Below, piece after piece: positions 11,998 through 25,315 of a stretch of 64,000 nt of DNA. The DNA is from Octopus bimaculoides. Its lineage: Eukaryota. Position 1 is the stretch's first letter; each line of letters starts with the position of its first letter. The DNA lies in assembly GCF_001194135.2 (NCBI RefSeq), contig NC_069001.1:251179-315178 (forward strand). Reading direction: 5' to 3'. Below the pieces are notes generated by a model, which made no database searches, was not told the origin of the DNA, and saw nothing but the letters and a program-made list of their open reading frames with translations. Both the position numbers and the translations under genes were made by a program.

Positions 11998-14900
11998 NNN
12001 NNNNNNNNNNNNNNNNNNNNNNNNNNNNNNNNNNNNNNNNNNNNNNNNNNNNNNNNNNNNNNNNNNNNNNNNNNNNNNNNNTATATACATATATACACAC
12101 ATCTATAAACATTTCTATCAATATATATACACATACACACACACACAAATGCACATGCACACACACACACATCTGTTTAATCCTATAAGGGGAAAGCAGA
12201 ATCCTTCCTTGCCTCTCCACTCAGAGTTTTGTCTTTCCGCTTTCCCTGGTGGAGAGAGGAAACACTAAACTTTGATCGAAGCCTTAACTTCCAGTAAATA
12301 CACACATACAAACATATACATATACATACACATATATATAGGAGGAGAAAGAGTCAGGGATGAAGAGTGAGGTAGGGGCAAATGTATGGCCATCAAGCTG
12401 GAATCCTGATTGGGTATATTTCATGCTATTATCAATGCCATGATCCATGGGAGAGGCATGAATATCACAGCATTCCGTCTGTCTTTATTGATTTGTAGTC
12501 TCATGAATTTGTGTATCATTGGAATTATGAACAAGCATGCATCATTGTTTAACATTCACTTTCTCTGTTATGTATGCATGAAAGTATCAAGTAGAAAGGC
12601 GCGCGCGTGCGCATGTGTGTGTGTGTGTGTGTTAACATTACTGAGTGAAATTAGTAAGATGGAAAATATATCAAAGAGTGTACCAGTAATTCAATGGGCT
12701 CACCTTGTTACATCCTGCGTTATGTTGATTCTACCTGGAGATTACTTTCAGTGTACGTGTATGCATGTATGTCTGTCTGTAATACTTTCTGACAGAATAT
12801 TTGAAAGAGGAAGATGCTCAGTTGATCCTGCAACTGAAATATTCATTATCGAGACTTGTTATAGAATACTCGCAGACTATTCTATAATTATAATGTTAAG
12901 GCTTGTACGTATGAGAAGTGCACATATAAATATCTGCATGTATATATGTTGTGCAAGTATGTATATATATATGTGTATATCTGTGTGTGTGTGTGTCTGA
13001 ATGCATGTATATATTCACATATACATGCATGTATGGTAAATATAAAAAAAAATAAAAAAACTGTCCCAAGAAGCTGGTGTGGTTGGGGTTGCATCAGCGA
13101 AAATTATAGACTAAAGTTTGGGAATTTGGATAAGTTTCTATGCCATGGAGAGAAGGGGTTACTGACATTTCTAAGAAAGGAATTTTTTGCCCCCTCTCAC
13201 AGACAAAGGGGCAGTCCTGAAATGCCAGATCTCCCTTCTCCCCACAGCCTATCAACTTATTAAAAAATCACTAACTTCACTGCGCGCGTGTGTGTGTGTG
13301 TGTGTGTGGACACATTCACACATACACAACATATATAGGGTAATGCAAATGTAGGTTTGTATCCAACTTGTGTGTTCTGGGCAAACCAACTCTACATTTG
13401 CGCACTGTATTGAAACCAGCAATAGACATAATGTGGTTTCATTAGGGACCCCCTCCCCCGCCCCATAAAATTGTTCACCCTTCTAAAAATAGGAGTCAAA
13501 TCTGAAATCACAACCTAAAAGCTTTAAAATGGAAGAACATATGGAATTATGTATTCTTGGCCGTACTTCTAAAAAAAAAAAAAGACTGTGACATTCCTTT
13601 AATCCCAAATCTGTTTGATTTGGGTTAATCTGACGTAAAACAACAACAGTTGTGAGATTGACTTCAATGCAAAGACTTATATTCCAAACATTTTCGGTCT
13701 CGTCAGCCTCGTTCAGTTTTAACGAGAAGGGCACAGCAACTCCATTAATTAGTCCAAAGAAGAGCAGCTCAGTCAAGGTTGATGTAGAGCTGGTGGTAGT
13801 TGTCATTCTGCAGCTTCAATTAATACTTTCTATATTTATCGTCATTCCCTTGGAATAAAATATCAATTTGTGATGAGGACATGATGATTTCGATCAGTTC
13901 ACTAATGCATGGCAAAAGATATCTCTATCGAGAATGGGATAAGAGATATGCAGCGTTGGTTTATAATTAGTCACTTTTATCATTGCATTGTTTTTTAACT
14001 GTTAGGCTTGTCTTTTAGCAGCAGCAGCAGCAGTTTCCTCTGCAGACCCACACCACCTCTGTCCTATCATTGTACACAATAGATATGTTCAAGCAAAGCT
14101 GACCAAAGTAAGCGAATAACAACAATAACAATTACAATCTGTAAAAGAGGTAAAATTATCATCATCATCATCATCTTCATCATTTTATTCATAGCTGATA
14201 ACAAAATTAGTGAAATCATGGACACGATACCCTGCTGGGTTTAGTTATGACCTATGCATTCTTAGTTCACATCCCATAGCATTCAGCTTTGCCTTTCGTC
14301 CCTCAAGGTTCCATACAATAAGCTCCAGGGGTTAACTGCTGACATTGACTAAAAAACTCACTACATCTTTGTGCCTATTTGATAGCATGTGATATCATTT
14401 CCTGCTGACTGGGCAGAAGCCATATGAAATGGAAGAGAGTCACCAAAGAGACAAGCATGGCAGCTGAATGCAGCTCAAAGTGGCTGTGGGTGACAAGAGG
14501 CACCAAGTGGAGCCCTTCAAAGAGATGGACACTAATTCAGCCCTTGTTGCTCCACTCAGGCTGATCATATGGGCTAAGGGGTGAAGCCCTATAATACGTG
14601 CTGATGGTTAGAGCTGCTGTAAGGCATGAGCATACAGGGCAGTCACCCAGGGGTCCAACAGGTCTAAGGACCCAATTCTGATCTATGTATGCTGTAGCTT
14701 GCCATAGATAACAAATACATTCAAGCCCATTGCATTCATCTGCCCCTGGGGCCTAAAATGCTTCTAAGAAGGCTCTACTAATGATCTGGAAAGGTTTTTG
14801 ATGTTGCAATGGATTCAGAAGAAGGGCTTGCAAACATCTCTGAATAGCTTTGGCAGTTTCTGTGTAGGGCAAAGCATCTTTGATGCTTATTTCCCCTTTA

Positions 14901-15109
14901 CTGGCATCGATGCAGTCAACTGTATAACTTGTTCCTCTGCATTTGAGATCTTTTGGTAATGTATGATTGAAGTGGCAAGAAGTACAGCTCCTTGACCGAA
15001 AGATACAATAAGCTGTCTGCATCTAGAATTGAAACCGAGGTGTAAGGATCATGAAACCAACGTCCAAGCCACTACACATCAAAAAGAGGAGGCATTTTCC
15101 TACATTTAC

Positions 15110-15490
15110 TGTGTCTTGGGGATTGACTCCAGAACACTGTGATTGTGAAATAGATCTGTAAGACACATGGCTATGCCTGCCACCAACCTGCATGAAGGGC
15201 AGATCAGAAATGAGGTGAGAGAAGAATATCAGAGTAAGAAAGACAAGGGCTGTGCTGGTATGAACATGTAATTTGAATGGACGATGAGGGCTGAGTGACA
15301 AAGTGACATGTGCTGTCAATGGTGGATACCCATAGAAGAGAAATGCTTGAGAGATGTCATCTGATCAGATCAGATTCCACAATGATGGACCTCACAAAAA
15401 GAGGTGACAAAAGAATCGCATAATTGGCAGTATGTTGTACAGCAGGCATGTCCGATGCATGACAGCATGGAAAAACAGATGTTAAAACAT
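15110..15490 (+). mobile_element. Decayed 3' end of an RTE-clade LINE ORF, running into the family tail and a (GAT)n-rich tract
   Basis: Frame from 15241 reads RQGLCWYEHVI*MDDEG*VTK*HVLSMVDTHRR..., resembling the RTE C-terminal motif RLRWxGHVxRMDxxxxVKK. It ends in gcatgacagcatggaaaaacagatgttaaaac followed by gatgatgat-rich sequence. Several stop codons. Confidence 0.65.
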
Positions 15491-16481
15491 CTGGTCGATG
15501 ATGATAATGATGACAATGTGGGTGATGATGGTGATAATAATGATGATTATGGTTGTGGTAATGATGATGATGACGGGAACAAGATGATGATTGTGTTGAT
15601 AAGGACGAAGTTGATGGTGGTTGTCATGATGATGATGATGATGTGAAGGAGGAAGAAGAGGGGGAGTCAGGAAAGGAAAGAGAGAAGGAGGTGGAAGAGG
15701 AAGTGAGGCAATTCTGATGATGTTGTTTAACCTCAGATCAACTTTGATCAAGCAAACCTTTTATCGAAGACAATCCTATCATGACAATCCCATCTTCTCA
15801 GAAATACATGCCTAAGGCTACATTCTTCAATGTGTTCCTTCATTGTTTAAAATGCCAGGTGTGATTTGGTGAAAATTTGGCTGCTATTTCTAGCATATTC
15901 AGTGACCATCTAGAGGTTTCTTGGCTTCACTGTTGGCTTAGCATTTTGATGGATGTAGCTTTGACTGAAGAACTGATGATGATGACCATGATGATGATGA
16001 CTATGATGATGATGATTATGATGATTGTGCTTGTGATGTGGGTTACAAGTGATGGTAGAGGCCATTAAGAGGATGATGATGGCAGGAGGAGGAGTGGGTG
16101 GTGATGGTGGTGATGACGATGACAGACAATATGACAATAACATAATGTCCAAGACANNNNNNNNNNNNNNNNNNNNNNNNNNNNNNNNNNNNNNNNNNNN
16201 NNNNNNNNNNNNNNNNNNNNNNNNNNNNNNNNNNNNNNNNNNNNNNNNNNNNNNNNNNNNNNNNNNNNNNNNNNNNNNNNNNNNNNNNNNNNNNNNNNNN
16301 NNNNNNNNNNNNNNNNNNNNNNNNNNNNNNNNNNNNNNNNNNNNNNNNNNNNNNNAATGATGGTGTAGGAGGAGGTGGAGGGAAAGGGAGAGAAAACTAT
16401 AAGGACTCTACATGAATGAGTTATACATAAATACACACATGCATTTATGTATAAACACAGAGATTAAGAGACAGAAATAAT

Positions 16482-16515
<34 letters not shown>

Positions 16516-16943
16516 TGTGTGTGCGTGTGTGTGTGTGTGTGTGTGTGGCTAAGAAGAAACCGAATCCAAGGAGAATAGCAATGGTGCGGATTGTTTTTTT
16601 TTGAAGTTTTGACAAAGACCGCATTTAGGAATTAGAGAAAAATTTCGTTTTGATCCTGGATTATGGACGGAAAATAATTTTTCTCACATCTCAAAGAATG
16701 ACTTTATCTGGAACAGATTAAGAAATTGTAAACTTTACCAGCGTCTGCACATGTTTACGTTCATAAATTATGCAATTAATAAGATGAACAATTAGCTTTG
16801 TAGCTAAGTATCTATTTGTTCATTGTAAAAACCTAGCTACAAACATACTGTTTCAGTACTTTAATTATAATAGTACACACACACACACACACACTCGCCC
16901 ACTCGCCATAGCATATATATATCATGCAAAAGAGTGGTGAACA

Positions 16944-16980
<37 letters not shown>

Positions 16981-17111
16981 TGAAATAAATATATTACGAA
17001 TATAGAAAGATAATAAAGAGAGACTTATAAGAACCTAATACAAAAGAAAACCAAAGAAAAATTATTAGAATAAGAGAAAGAGAGGGAGAGAGTGACTGAC
17101 AGTGAGGGAAA

Positions 17112-17155
<44 letters not shown>

Positions 17156-17183
17156 GTAAGTGTTGGCAGAGGGATGGTTGGAG

Positions 17184-17216
<33 letters not shown>

Positions 17217-17534
17217 GCAGTGAGAGAGGTAGAAGAGAGGAATGTGCTGGACTGGAGACTTAGTGGCCGTAGTTGTGAGATTAGGAATAATTACAGAGTA
17301 TCGATGGCTTGTTTTGTACAAGTTCTGCAAAATAGGAGGGTATTTCAGCAGATTAGGGATTTCAGAGAAAATCAAGTAGAAAGGGAGCCCAAAGTATCGG
17401 ATATCTTGTAATTAGGGTTTTGTCCATTCGTTCCTGTCACTGACAACCTTCTTTTTGTCTTTTCTGCTGGGCTTTTACCCTATCAAAGGCCAGCTTTTTG
17501 CCTTTTCCACTCTTTGCTCTGCTCCCCCACCTTA

Positions 17535-17586
<52 letters not shown>

Positions 17587-18148
17587 NNNNNNNNNNNNNN
17601 NNNNNNNNNNNNNNNNNNNNNNNNNNNNNNNNNNNNNNNNNNNNNNNNNNNNNNNNNNNNNNNNNNNNNNNNNNNNNNNNNNNNNNNNNNNNNNNNNNNN
17701 NNNNNNNNNNNNNNNNNNNNNNNNNNNNNNNNNNNNNNNNNNNNNNNNNNNNNNNNNNNNNNNNNNNNNNNNNNNNNNNNNNNNNNNNNNNNNNNNNNNN
17801 NNNNNNNNNNNNNNNNNNNNNNNNNNNNNNNNNNNNNNNNNNNNNNNNNNNNNNNNNNNNNNNNNNNNNNNNNNNNNNNNNNNNNNNNNNNNNNNNNNNN
17901 NNNNNNNNNNNNNNNNNNNNNNNNNNNNNNNNNNNNNNNNNNNNNNNNNNNNNNNNNNNNNNNNNNNNNNNNNNNNNNNNNNNNNNNNNNNNNNNNNNNN
18001 NNNNNNNNNNNNNNNNNNNNNNNNNNNNNNNNNNNNNNNNNNNNNNNNNNNNNNNNNNNNNNNNNNNNNNNNNNNNNNNNNNNNNNNNNNNNNNNNNNNN
18101 NNNNNNNNNNNNNNNNNNNNNNNTCCTCCTCCTCCTCCTCCTCCTCCT

Positions 18149-18373
18149 CATCATCATCATCATCATTTAACATTCACTTTCTATGCTGGCATGGGTTGGA
18201 TGGCTTGACAGGAACTGACAGGAACCCAGGGGCTGCACTGGGTCCCATACTGTGCTTTGGCCTGGTCTCCATGGCCAGATGCCCTTTCTAATGTCAATGA
18301 CATTACAGAGGGAGTAGGCTCCTGCCTGGCCAGTGTCTGTCAAACCCATGCCTGCATGGAAGGCAGACGTTGA

Positions 18374-18416
<43 letters not shown>
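18149..18416. mobile_element. Two family A tails in inverted arrangement
   Basis: Left (cat)n-ttaacattcactttctatgctggcatgggttggatgg. Right gtcaaacccatgcctgcatggaaggcagacgttgaa-(tga)n. Confidence 0.75.
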
Positions 18417-19895
18417 CTTCTCTCCTTGTGCTCTCATGATGCAATAATCTGATCATAATTCAGTGTCAAATCTAATCATCATCATCATCATCATAGGCAA
18501 GTGTTTTCTACAGTAATCCCAGGCTGATTACGGGCTTGTGAGTGAATATAGTAGGTGGAAACTGTGTGGAAGCCTGTCGTATGTGTGTGTGGTGAAAGGA
18601 CATCATAAAAGACAAAAGTACTGAAATCATCATCATCATCATCATCATCATTATAACCATCATCACTATCACTGCCACCACCACCATTACCATCATCATC
18701 ACCCTCATCACTATCATCTATCACCACCATCTTCATCGTCATCACGATCAGGCAGCAGCAACAAGACAGGACGGGGAGTGTGCATGATACATGCACACAG
18801 ACCAATGAACACGGAACAAACAATGGACGTGTCTTTGTTTTTCTTTTTTAGAAAGCTCCTAACAACAAACCGAACTGGTCCTTGCGCTAATGGCAGCAGG
18901 CTAAACGCCCTGATAACTAATGGAGGAATAAATGAAGCAGAAAGGAAGTCTACCAGTTTGGGTTGTTGTTTGGTGATAAATCTGCCAGTCTTTGGCATCA
19001 GTGACGGCGGCGGCGGCGGTGGTGGTGGTGGTGGTGGGGAGACGGTAGGNNNNNNNNNNNNNNNNNNNNNNNNNNNNNNNNNNNNNNNNNNNNNNNNNNN
19101 NNNNNNNNNNNNNNNNNNNNNNNNNNNNNNNNNNNNNNNNNNNNNNNNNNNNNNNNNNNNNNNNNNNNNNNNNNNNNNNNNNNNNNNNNNNNNNNNNNNN
19201 NNNNNNNNNNNNNNNNNNNNNNNNNNNNNNNNNNNNNNNNNNNNNNNNNNNNNNNNNNNNNNNNNNNNNNNNNNNNNNNNNNNNNNNNNNNNNNNNNNNN
19301 NNNNNNNNNNNNNNNNNNNNNNNNNNNNNNNNNNNNNNNNNNNNNNNNNNNNNNNNNNNNNNNNNNNNNNNNNNNNNNNNNNNNNNNNNNNNNGTGGTGG
19401 TTGAGAGAGGATACTGGGTGGGGATATGGCGGGGGAACTCAAGTGAGGGAAATCAGCCCCCAGTAGTTTCTACTGAAGTCTCAAATAGGAGACTCAGCCT
19501 TTCACATATTATTATTATCATTATTATTGTTAGTGATTGCCCGAGAGACCCATTAGTAATTCTGAGAAAATGCTTAGCAGCAATTCTTATTTCTTGTGGT
19601 TCTTTGTGTTCCGAGTGCAAACACCACTGAAGCTCACTTTGCCCTTCATTCTTTTGAGGTCAATGGAATAAGGACCAGTGAAGTACTGGGGGTCAATGTA
19701 ATTGACTAACCCCCTTCCCCACTAAAATGGCTGGCATTGTGCCAAACTTAGAAAGAAAGAATTTTCATAACTTTTAAATTGTTTCTCTTTTATTTTCTAA
19801 TGAACTCTGCAGAGTTATTCTTAATTACCATGTTACCCCGAATTGTTCAAATTGTGAAAGTAATTTACAGACAGACACCCTGTGTGTAGGTGAGC

Positions 19896-19931
<36 letters not shown>

Positions 19932-22489
19932 GCACACACGCACGCTAATACTATTATTACTACACACACACAACATCATAAAGCTTATGGTTAATCATTA
20001 ATTCATTAACACAACTATTACAACTACCAAATGCAGACACCACAGAATGTCATCGTAAACACCAGCAGCAGCATCATTGTGGTTATTGTTTCCTTGTCTC
20101 CCCCCCCTCTTCCACCCTCTTCCACCGCAACCATTGCTGCTACTTTTGCTGTTGCAGCTTAGAGGGGTGTTGGGCACATTGGAAGCATGGGGGGTGATGG
20201 GTGGAAGTGATGGAGGGCTGCTGACCTTATGAATCATATTAAGATGGATAATCTCACCTGGCAAAGAAACAGGACTGTATTTAAAAGAAAATTATAAAAA
20301 GAAAAGAAAAAAAAAAGAAACAAGCCAAGAAAGAGAGAGAGAGAGAGAGAGAAAAGAAAGGGAGAAAGACAGGAAAACAAAACGTCTTAACCATAAATGT
20401 ATATATGTATGCATATATGTATATATTTTCATTATCCCACCTCCACCCCCCATTTTCATTACAAATCTGAAAGAATGAGTGCAACTCTATCATAATGGTT
20501 TCTTTTCTTGGTCCACAACCATCCAAGGCTCCAAGACTGTCAGCCGAAGACTTTGGGAGAGAAAATTAAGACGAGAAATACAGAGAACAGCAGAGGGTTT
20601 CCATGGAATAAAAATGGTGAAACCAACAATAATAATAATAACAATGGAAGAAGAAGAAGAAGAAGAAGAAGAAGAAGGGGAGGTGGTGGTGGAGGAAGAG
20701 GAGGAGGAGGATAGGAAGAAGAACAAGAAGAGAAGGAGGGGAGAAGGGTTAGGCTTAGGGCTAGGGACAATAATGTCATTTTAAGAGAGAAAACAATATC
20801 ATAATCATAATCATCATCATCATCATCATAAAGCAATTATTATTTTTACAAAAGAAAATAAAGTAACAATTATTTTCCTTCCCCCTCCTCGTCACTTTTC
20901 CTTTCTTTTTTCTTCTTCTTTTCTTTCTTTTTTCAATAAACATTTCAACATGTCTTAATAGGTCATATGACAAACTGTGTAAAGGGGAGATTTTTGGAGG
21001 TCTTCTCCCTCCCGTCGTCGTTGCTTGGGTGGCTTGTGAGGGGAAGACGGTGATGAGGGTGGTTAGAGGATGTAGAGGAAGAAGAAAGAGAAATGGAAGG
21101 AGTTAATGCGTGTGTGCGTGTGTGTGTGTGTGTGTGTGTGGGTGCGTTGGTGGGATGGAACAGGGTTTTATTGCAATGGGATTGATCAGGAATGGGCTGG
21201 GATGTCTAAAGATTTCATTGCTAACTATTATTGGATTAAAAGATTTTCTGACGAAAATGTGTGTGTATGTATGAGTGTCAGTAGCTCTGTAGTTATGCGT
21301 GTGTGTGTGTATGTATATATATGCATGCGTACAGACATAGGCATACACATGTGTATGCATATAATTACACATGTATGTATGTTAGTACTTGTGTACATAT
21401 TTATGTATGTGTACATATGTATGTATATATAAATATGTAATTGTGTATGTATATGCATCTCTCTGTATATATGTGTGTGTGTATAATAATGAATCTCTAA
21501 CTGCATGTAGAAATAATGTTGTCACACGCACGTCCATTTTGTTCTAACCTTAATATTTCTTGGCTGTCTGTGAGATTATTTCCACTTTTCCTTCATCATT
21601 CTATTATCTCTCTCTCTCTTGCACCTTGTATGTATCTATCTATCTATACTAAATATTTATATCTATATATATGTGTGTGTGTGTGTATGTCTANNNNNNN
21701 NNNATACACATGTGTATGCATATAATTACACATGTATGTATGTTAGTACTTGTGTACATATTTATGTATGTGTACATATGTATGTATATATAATACATTT
21801 TCTTTATCTAATAGCATTACACGATACAACTTGTTATATGCACACATACATACATTCATAAATATGCACAGTCATACGTACACACATTTGTGTGTGTGTG
21901 TTTCTTTAAGATTATGTTTCTAAAGCAATTCCAAGAATAGCAACATGATGTTTATTGAAAATGTGACTCAAACCTAAAAGTAGAGTCAAAACAAACAGAG
22001 TCCGTTTTGACTGAGATTTTAAGCTTGATGGTGTTTTTGTTGCACCGATTCCAGTTAAAGGAGCCATCAAGCAAGATTTCTTATAAAAAGAATCGTTAGG
22101 TGTTTCTGTATCAATATAAAGGGAAATGCTTTCTAAACATGAGAGAAGGAAATAAATCCTCAGTGATTAAGAGAGTTCAAAATTTATAACAGGTTGTTAA
22201 ACAGCAACTCCTGACTGCGGTAAAACCAGTTGGAATCAACTTGCATGTATGATGGGATTGGCTAAAAGGATCTTTTAGAGTAACATACTTAGAATAGAGA
22301 CATACATTAATACACTTGCACAGACATATATAGATATCAACATCATCATCATCATCATCAACCCCTCTATTTACATTACTGGGTCTCAGGTCCTAGAATT
22401 TCATAGGGTCAATTACCTGACTCATGACATTTAAGTGATCAAGATCACAACTTTAGCCCTTAAGGGGACTCCATTTCTTCACAGGGTTT

Positions 22490-22620
22490 ACAACTGAATG
22501 AAATGGAGCCATATGAAATGAAGTGTTTTGCTTAACGGATTGCTGGTCTGGGAATTGAAACCACAACCTTGCAGTTGTGAGTGCAACACCCAAATCATCA
22601 GGTCATACACCTTCAGTATA
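22490..22620 (-). mobile_element. tRNA-headed SINE (family D)
   Basis: Minus strand reads gtatgacctgatgatttgggtgttgcactcacaactgcaaggttgtggtttcaattcccag...gcaaaacacttcatttcat. Confidence 0.65.
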
Positions 22621-23156
22621 TACACATATATACACACATATATACAATCTCAAATGGAATCTCATGGAGATATTTAGCAGGTTTTTATGCAATTTCTATC
22701 AAATGAATTCCAGTCGCTACATCTTTGGTCAATTCACGTCACTAAAAGAAGAAAGTCGTTTGCCGTGGTGCCATGCTGCAGAATTGAACCAGAGACCATA
22801 GCGTTGATTTAAAAGGAACTTCCAATCATAATCACACAGCCATATGCCAACATGGCACCCAGGGATAATTACTTGTTCGATAATTTAACTTCACCCTTGA
22901 GCTGCAGTCAAACCTTTCGCCGGAACAAGTCATGGAGCATAATAGATAAAATTTCATCTTTTTACATATGTGTGTGAGTGTGTGTGTGTTTGCGTGTGTG
23001 TATGTGTGTGAGTATGTGAGTGTGTGTGTGTGTGTGTGTGCGTGTGTGTGTGTGTGGTACTAGTCATATTGACCATGGTGGTGGTATTGGTGGTGGTTTT
23101 CAGAGTTGAATTTGATTCTGTTGGCTTCCTTTTTACTTCTCTTTTACGTAAGAAAT

Positions 23157-23220
23157 CTACTACTACTACTACTACTACTCCTACTACTACTACTACCACT
23201 ACCACTATTACTACTATACT
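23157..23220. repeat. (ACT)n microsatellite
   Basis: Direct reading. Confidence 0.9.
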
Positions 23221-23274
23221 GGTTTTGATTCTTTGGTTGCTCATAAGGGTGGCATCTTTATTTGAATGTACGTA

Positions 23275-23324
<50 letters not shown>

Positions 23325-25129
23325 CATGTGTATGTATGTATGTATGCATACATGTGTATGTATGTATGCATGTGTGTGTAGTTATGTGTGTTCCTTGCTG
23401 TGGCAGCCAAAGAGATTGCAGAAGTGCGAAAAAAGATCTCCCGCCGTCCTCTGCCGAGGAAACGGCAAAGCTTCGAACCTGTTGATGAAATGCGATCCCG
23501 CAGAGACTTTCACAGCCAATTAACAACTGATTCAGCAACACAAACAAACAGGAAAATGGTTCTGGAGAATCAATGAAAAGACTTTAATACCAGGCAAGAC
23601 AGGGTTCTTTCTATTCTGGCAACGAAACTGCACTCAAGTTTCACTGGAGAATAAATACAGTTTAAGCACAAGAGAAACAAAAGGAGAATGGAGGTGAGAG
23701 TGGTGGTGGGGGTGGAGGGGAAGAGGAGGGAGGAGAGAAAAGAAGAGATAAGTGAAGAAGAAGAAGAAGAAAAAGAAGAGGGAGAGAAAATGGGAAAAAT
23801 GGAAGAAATAATGAAAGGAAGAGAGAGAGAGAGAGAAAGAACAAAGGAGAAGGGAAAAGAGAAAGAACTGGAGAAAGAAAGGAAGGAAGAAAGGAAAAAA
23901 GGAAGGAAGAAAGAAAGAAAGGAAGAAAGGAAAGAAAATGGCCAACTTCAACTGTCTTGAAAGATGAAAGAATGTCAAAGAAATTGCAAATTTACAATGG
24001 TTGTAATAATTATTATCAGCAAGATTTGTGGCCAGTGGTGGTGGTGGTGGTGGTATGACGATCAGGGCTTTGGTAGGGATGGTGGTAGTAATCATCGTCA
24101 TCATGATGGTCATGTTTGGGATGGTGGTGGTGGTGATTTTGGTGATGGTGGAGTTTGTCTTTGCCATCATTGATAATCATTGTGATAGTGGTGGTGGCGG
24201 TGGTGGTGATGGTGGTGGTGGTGGTCATCATCCCCATTGATGAGAAGGTTGAGGCAGAAGAGAAGGAAAGAAAGAATCGGAGAAAGCAAGAAACCAAACC
24301 AGGGAAAGTAAAAGAGATCCTCTCTCGAAATTGGAGATTCAAAGGAAGACAAAGAAAGAAAGAAAGAAAAAAGAAAAAGAATAAAGTTCGTATTTTCTTC
24401 AGTTATAAAAAAACAAAAGACAAAAAAAACATCAAGCTTTAGAAACGAAACAAATGTTCTCCAGATGACCACCCAAACTGGCAGAAATAGTAGCCAAACC
24501 TCCTTTAATTTACACCGAGTAGTTATAAATAAGGAAAGGACACATTAAGTAATGTAGTCTTAGATATACTGTGGTATATACTGTCAACAGAATATACTAA
24601 CAACTGCAAGATATTCAAGCAACCTCTTTCACAAGAAAGCTGGGTTGTGATTGAAATTAGCCGATGGCAAAGGTGTTTGTGGGATGAAGTGAGGAAGAGA
24701 GGAAGAGAGAAGACTTCATGAAGGAGCCTCACAACTGACTCACTCAGAAGAAATCTCTCTATATGGGACGTGTGTGGAATTTACCTGTGTGTAGGGGCTC
24801 GATTTACGTGGACATTCGATCGCTAGAAATAGCAACTGAATCTTCATTATTTTACAAAGAGAACATATTGCATCATTGAATTCCTGTACGATGCGGTTCT
24901 TAAAAAGAAGAAAGAAAATAAACAGCCACAACAACAACAACAACAACATAGACACAGGTGTGGATAGGTGGGTGGGGTGGACTTGCGCCTTGGGCAAGTA
25001 TCTTCTACTCTAATCCCAGGCTGACCAAAGCCTTGTGAATGGATGCTTGTCATGGATGTGTGTGTGTGTGTATGCATGCATGTATGTATACATGTATGAG
25101 AATGTGTATGTCTTTCAGTTTGTGTTTTA

Positions 25130-25315
25130 TTCCCCATCATTGTTTGACAATCGGTGTTGGTTTGTTTACATTCCTGTAACTCAGCGGTTTGGCAAAAGAA
25201 ACTGATAGTGTAAGAGGCAAGCTTAAAGTCCTGAGATCGATTTGCTTGATTAAATCCCTTAGGATGGTGCTCCAGCATGGCCAAAGTCCAATGACTAAAA
25301 CAAGTAAAAGGTGAA
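25130..25315 (+). mobile_element. Interspersed repeat family E
   Basis: tttgacaatcggtgttggtttgtttacattcctgtaactcagcggtttggcaaaag...gctccagcatggccaaagtccaatgactaaaacaagtaaaag. Confidence 0.75.

Noticed and set aside
13603-22012. Short perfect hairpins (cccaaatc/gatttggg at 13604-13624; agtcaaaac/gttttgact at 21984-22012) as miRNA precursors
   Set aside because: Stems of 8-9 bp are too short for pre-miRNAs and are expected by chance.
24785-24822. 38-nt candidate exon (phase 1 to 0, AIECPRKSSPYTQ) with a GTAAAT donor
   Set aside because: Its acceptor is the ctatttctag core of repeat family F, and it has no AhR similarity.
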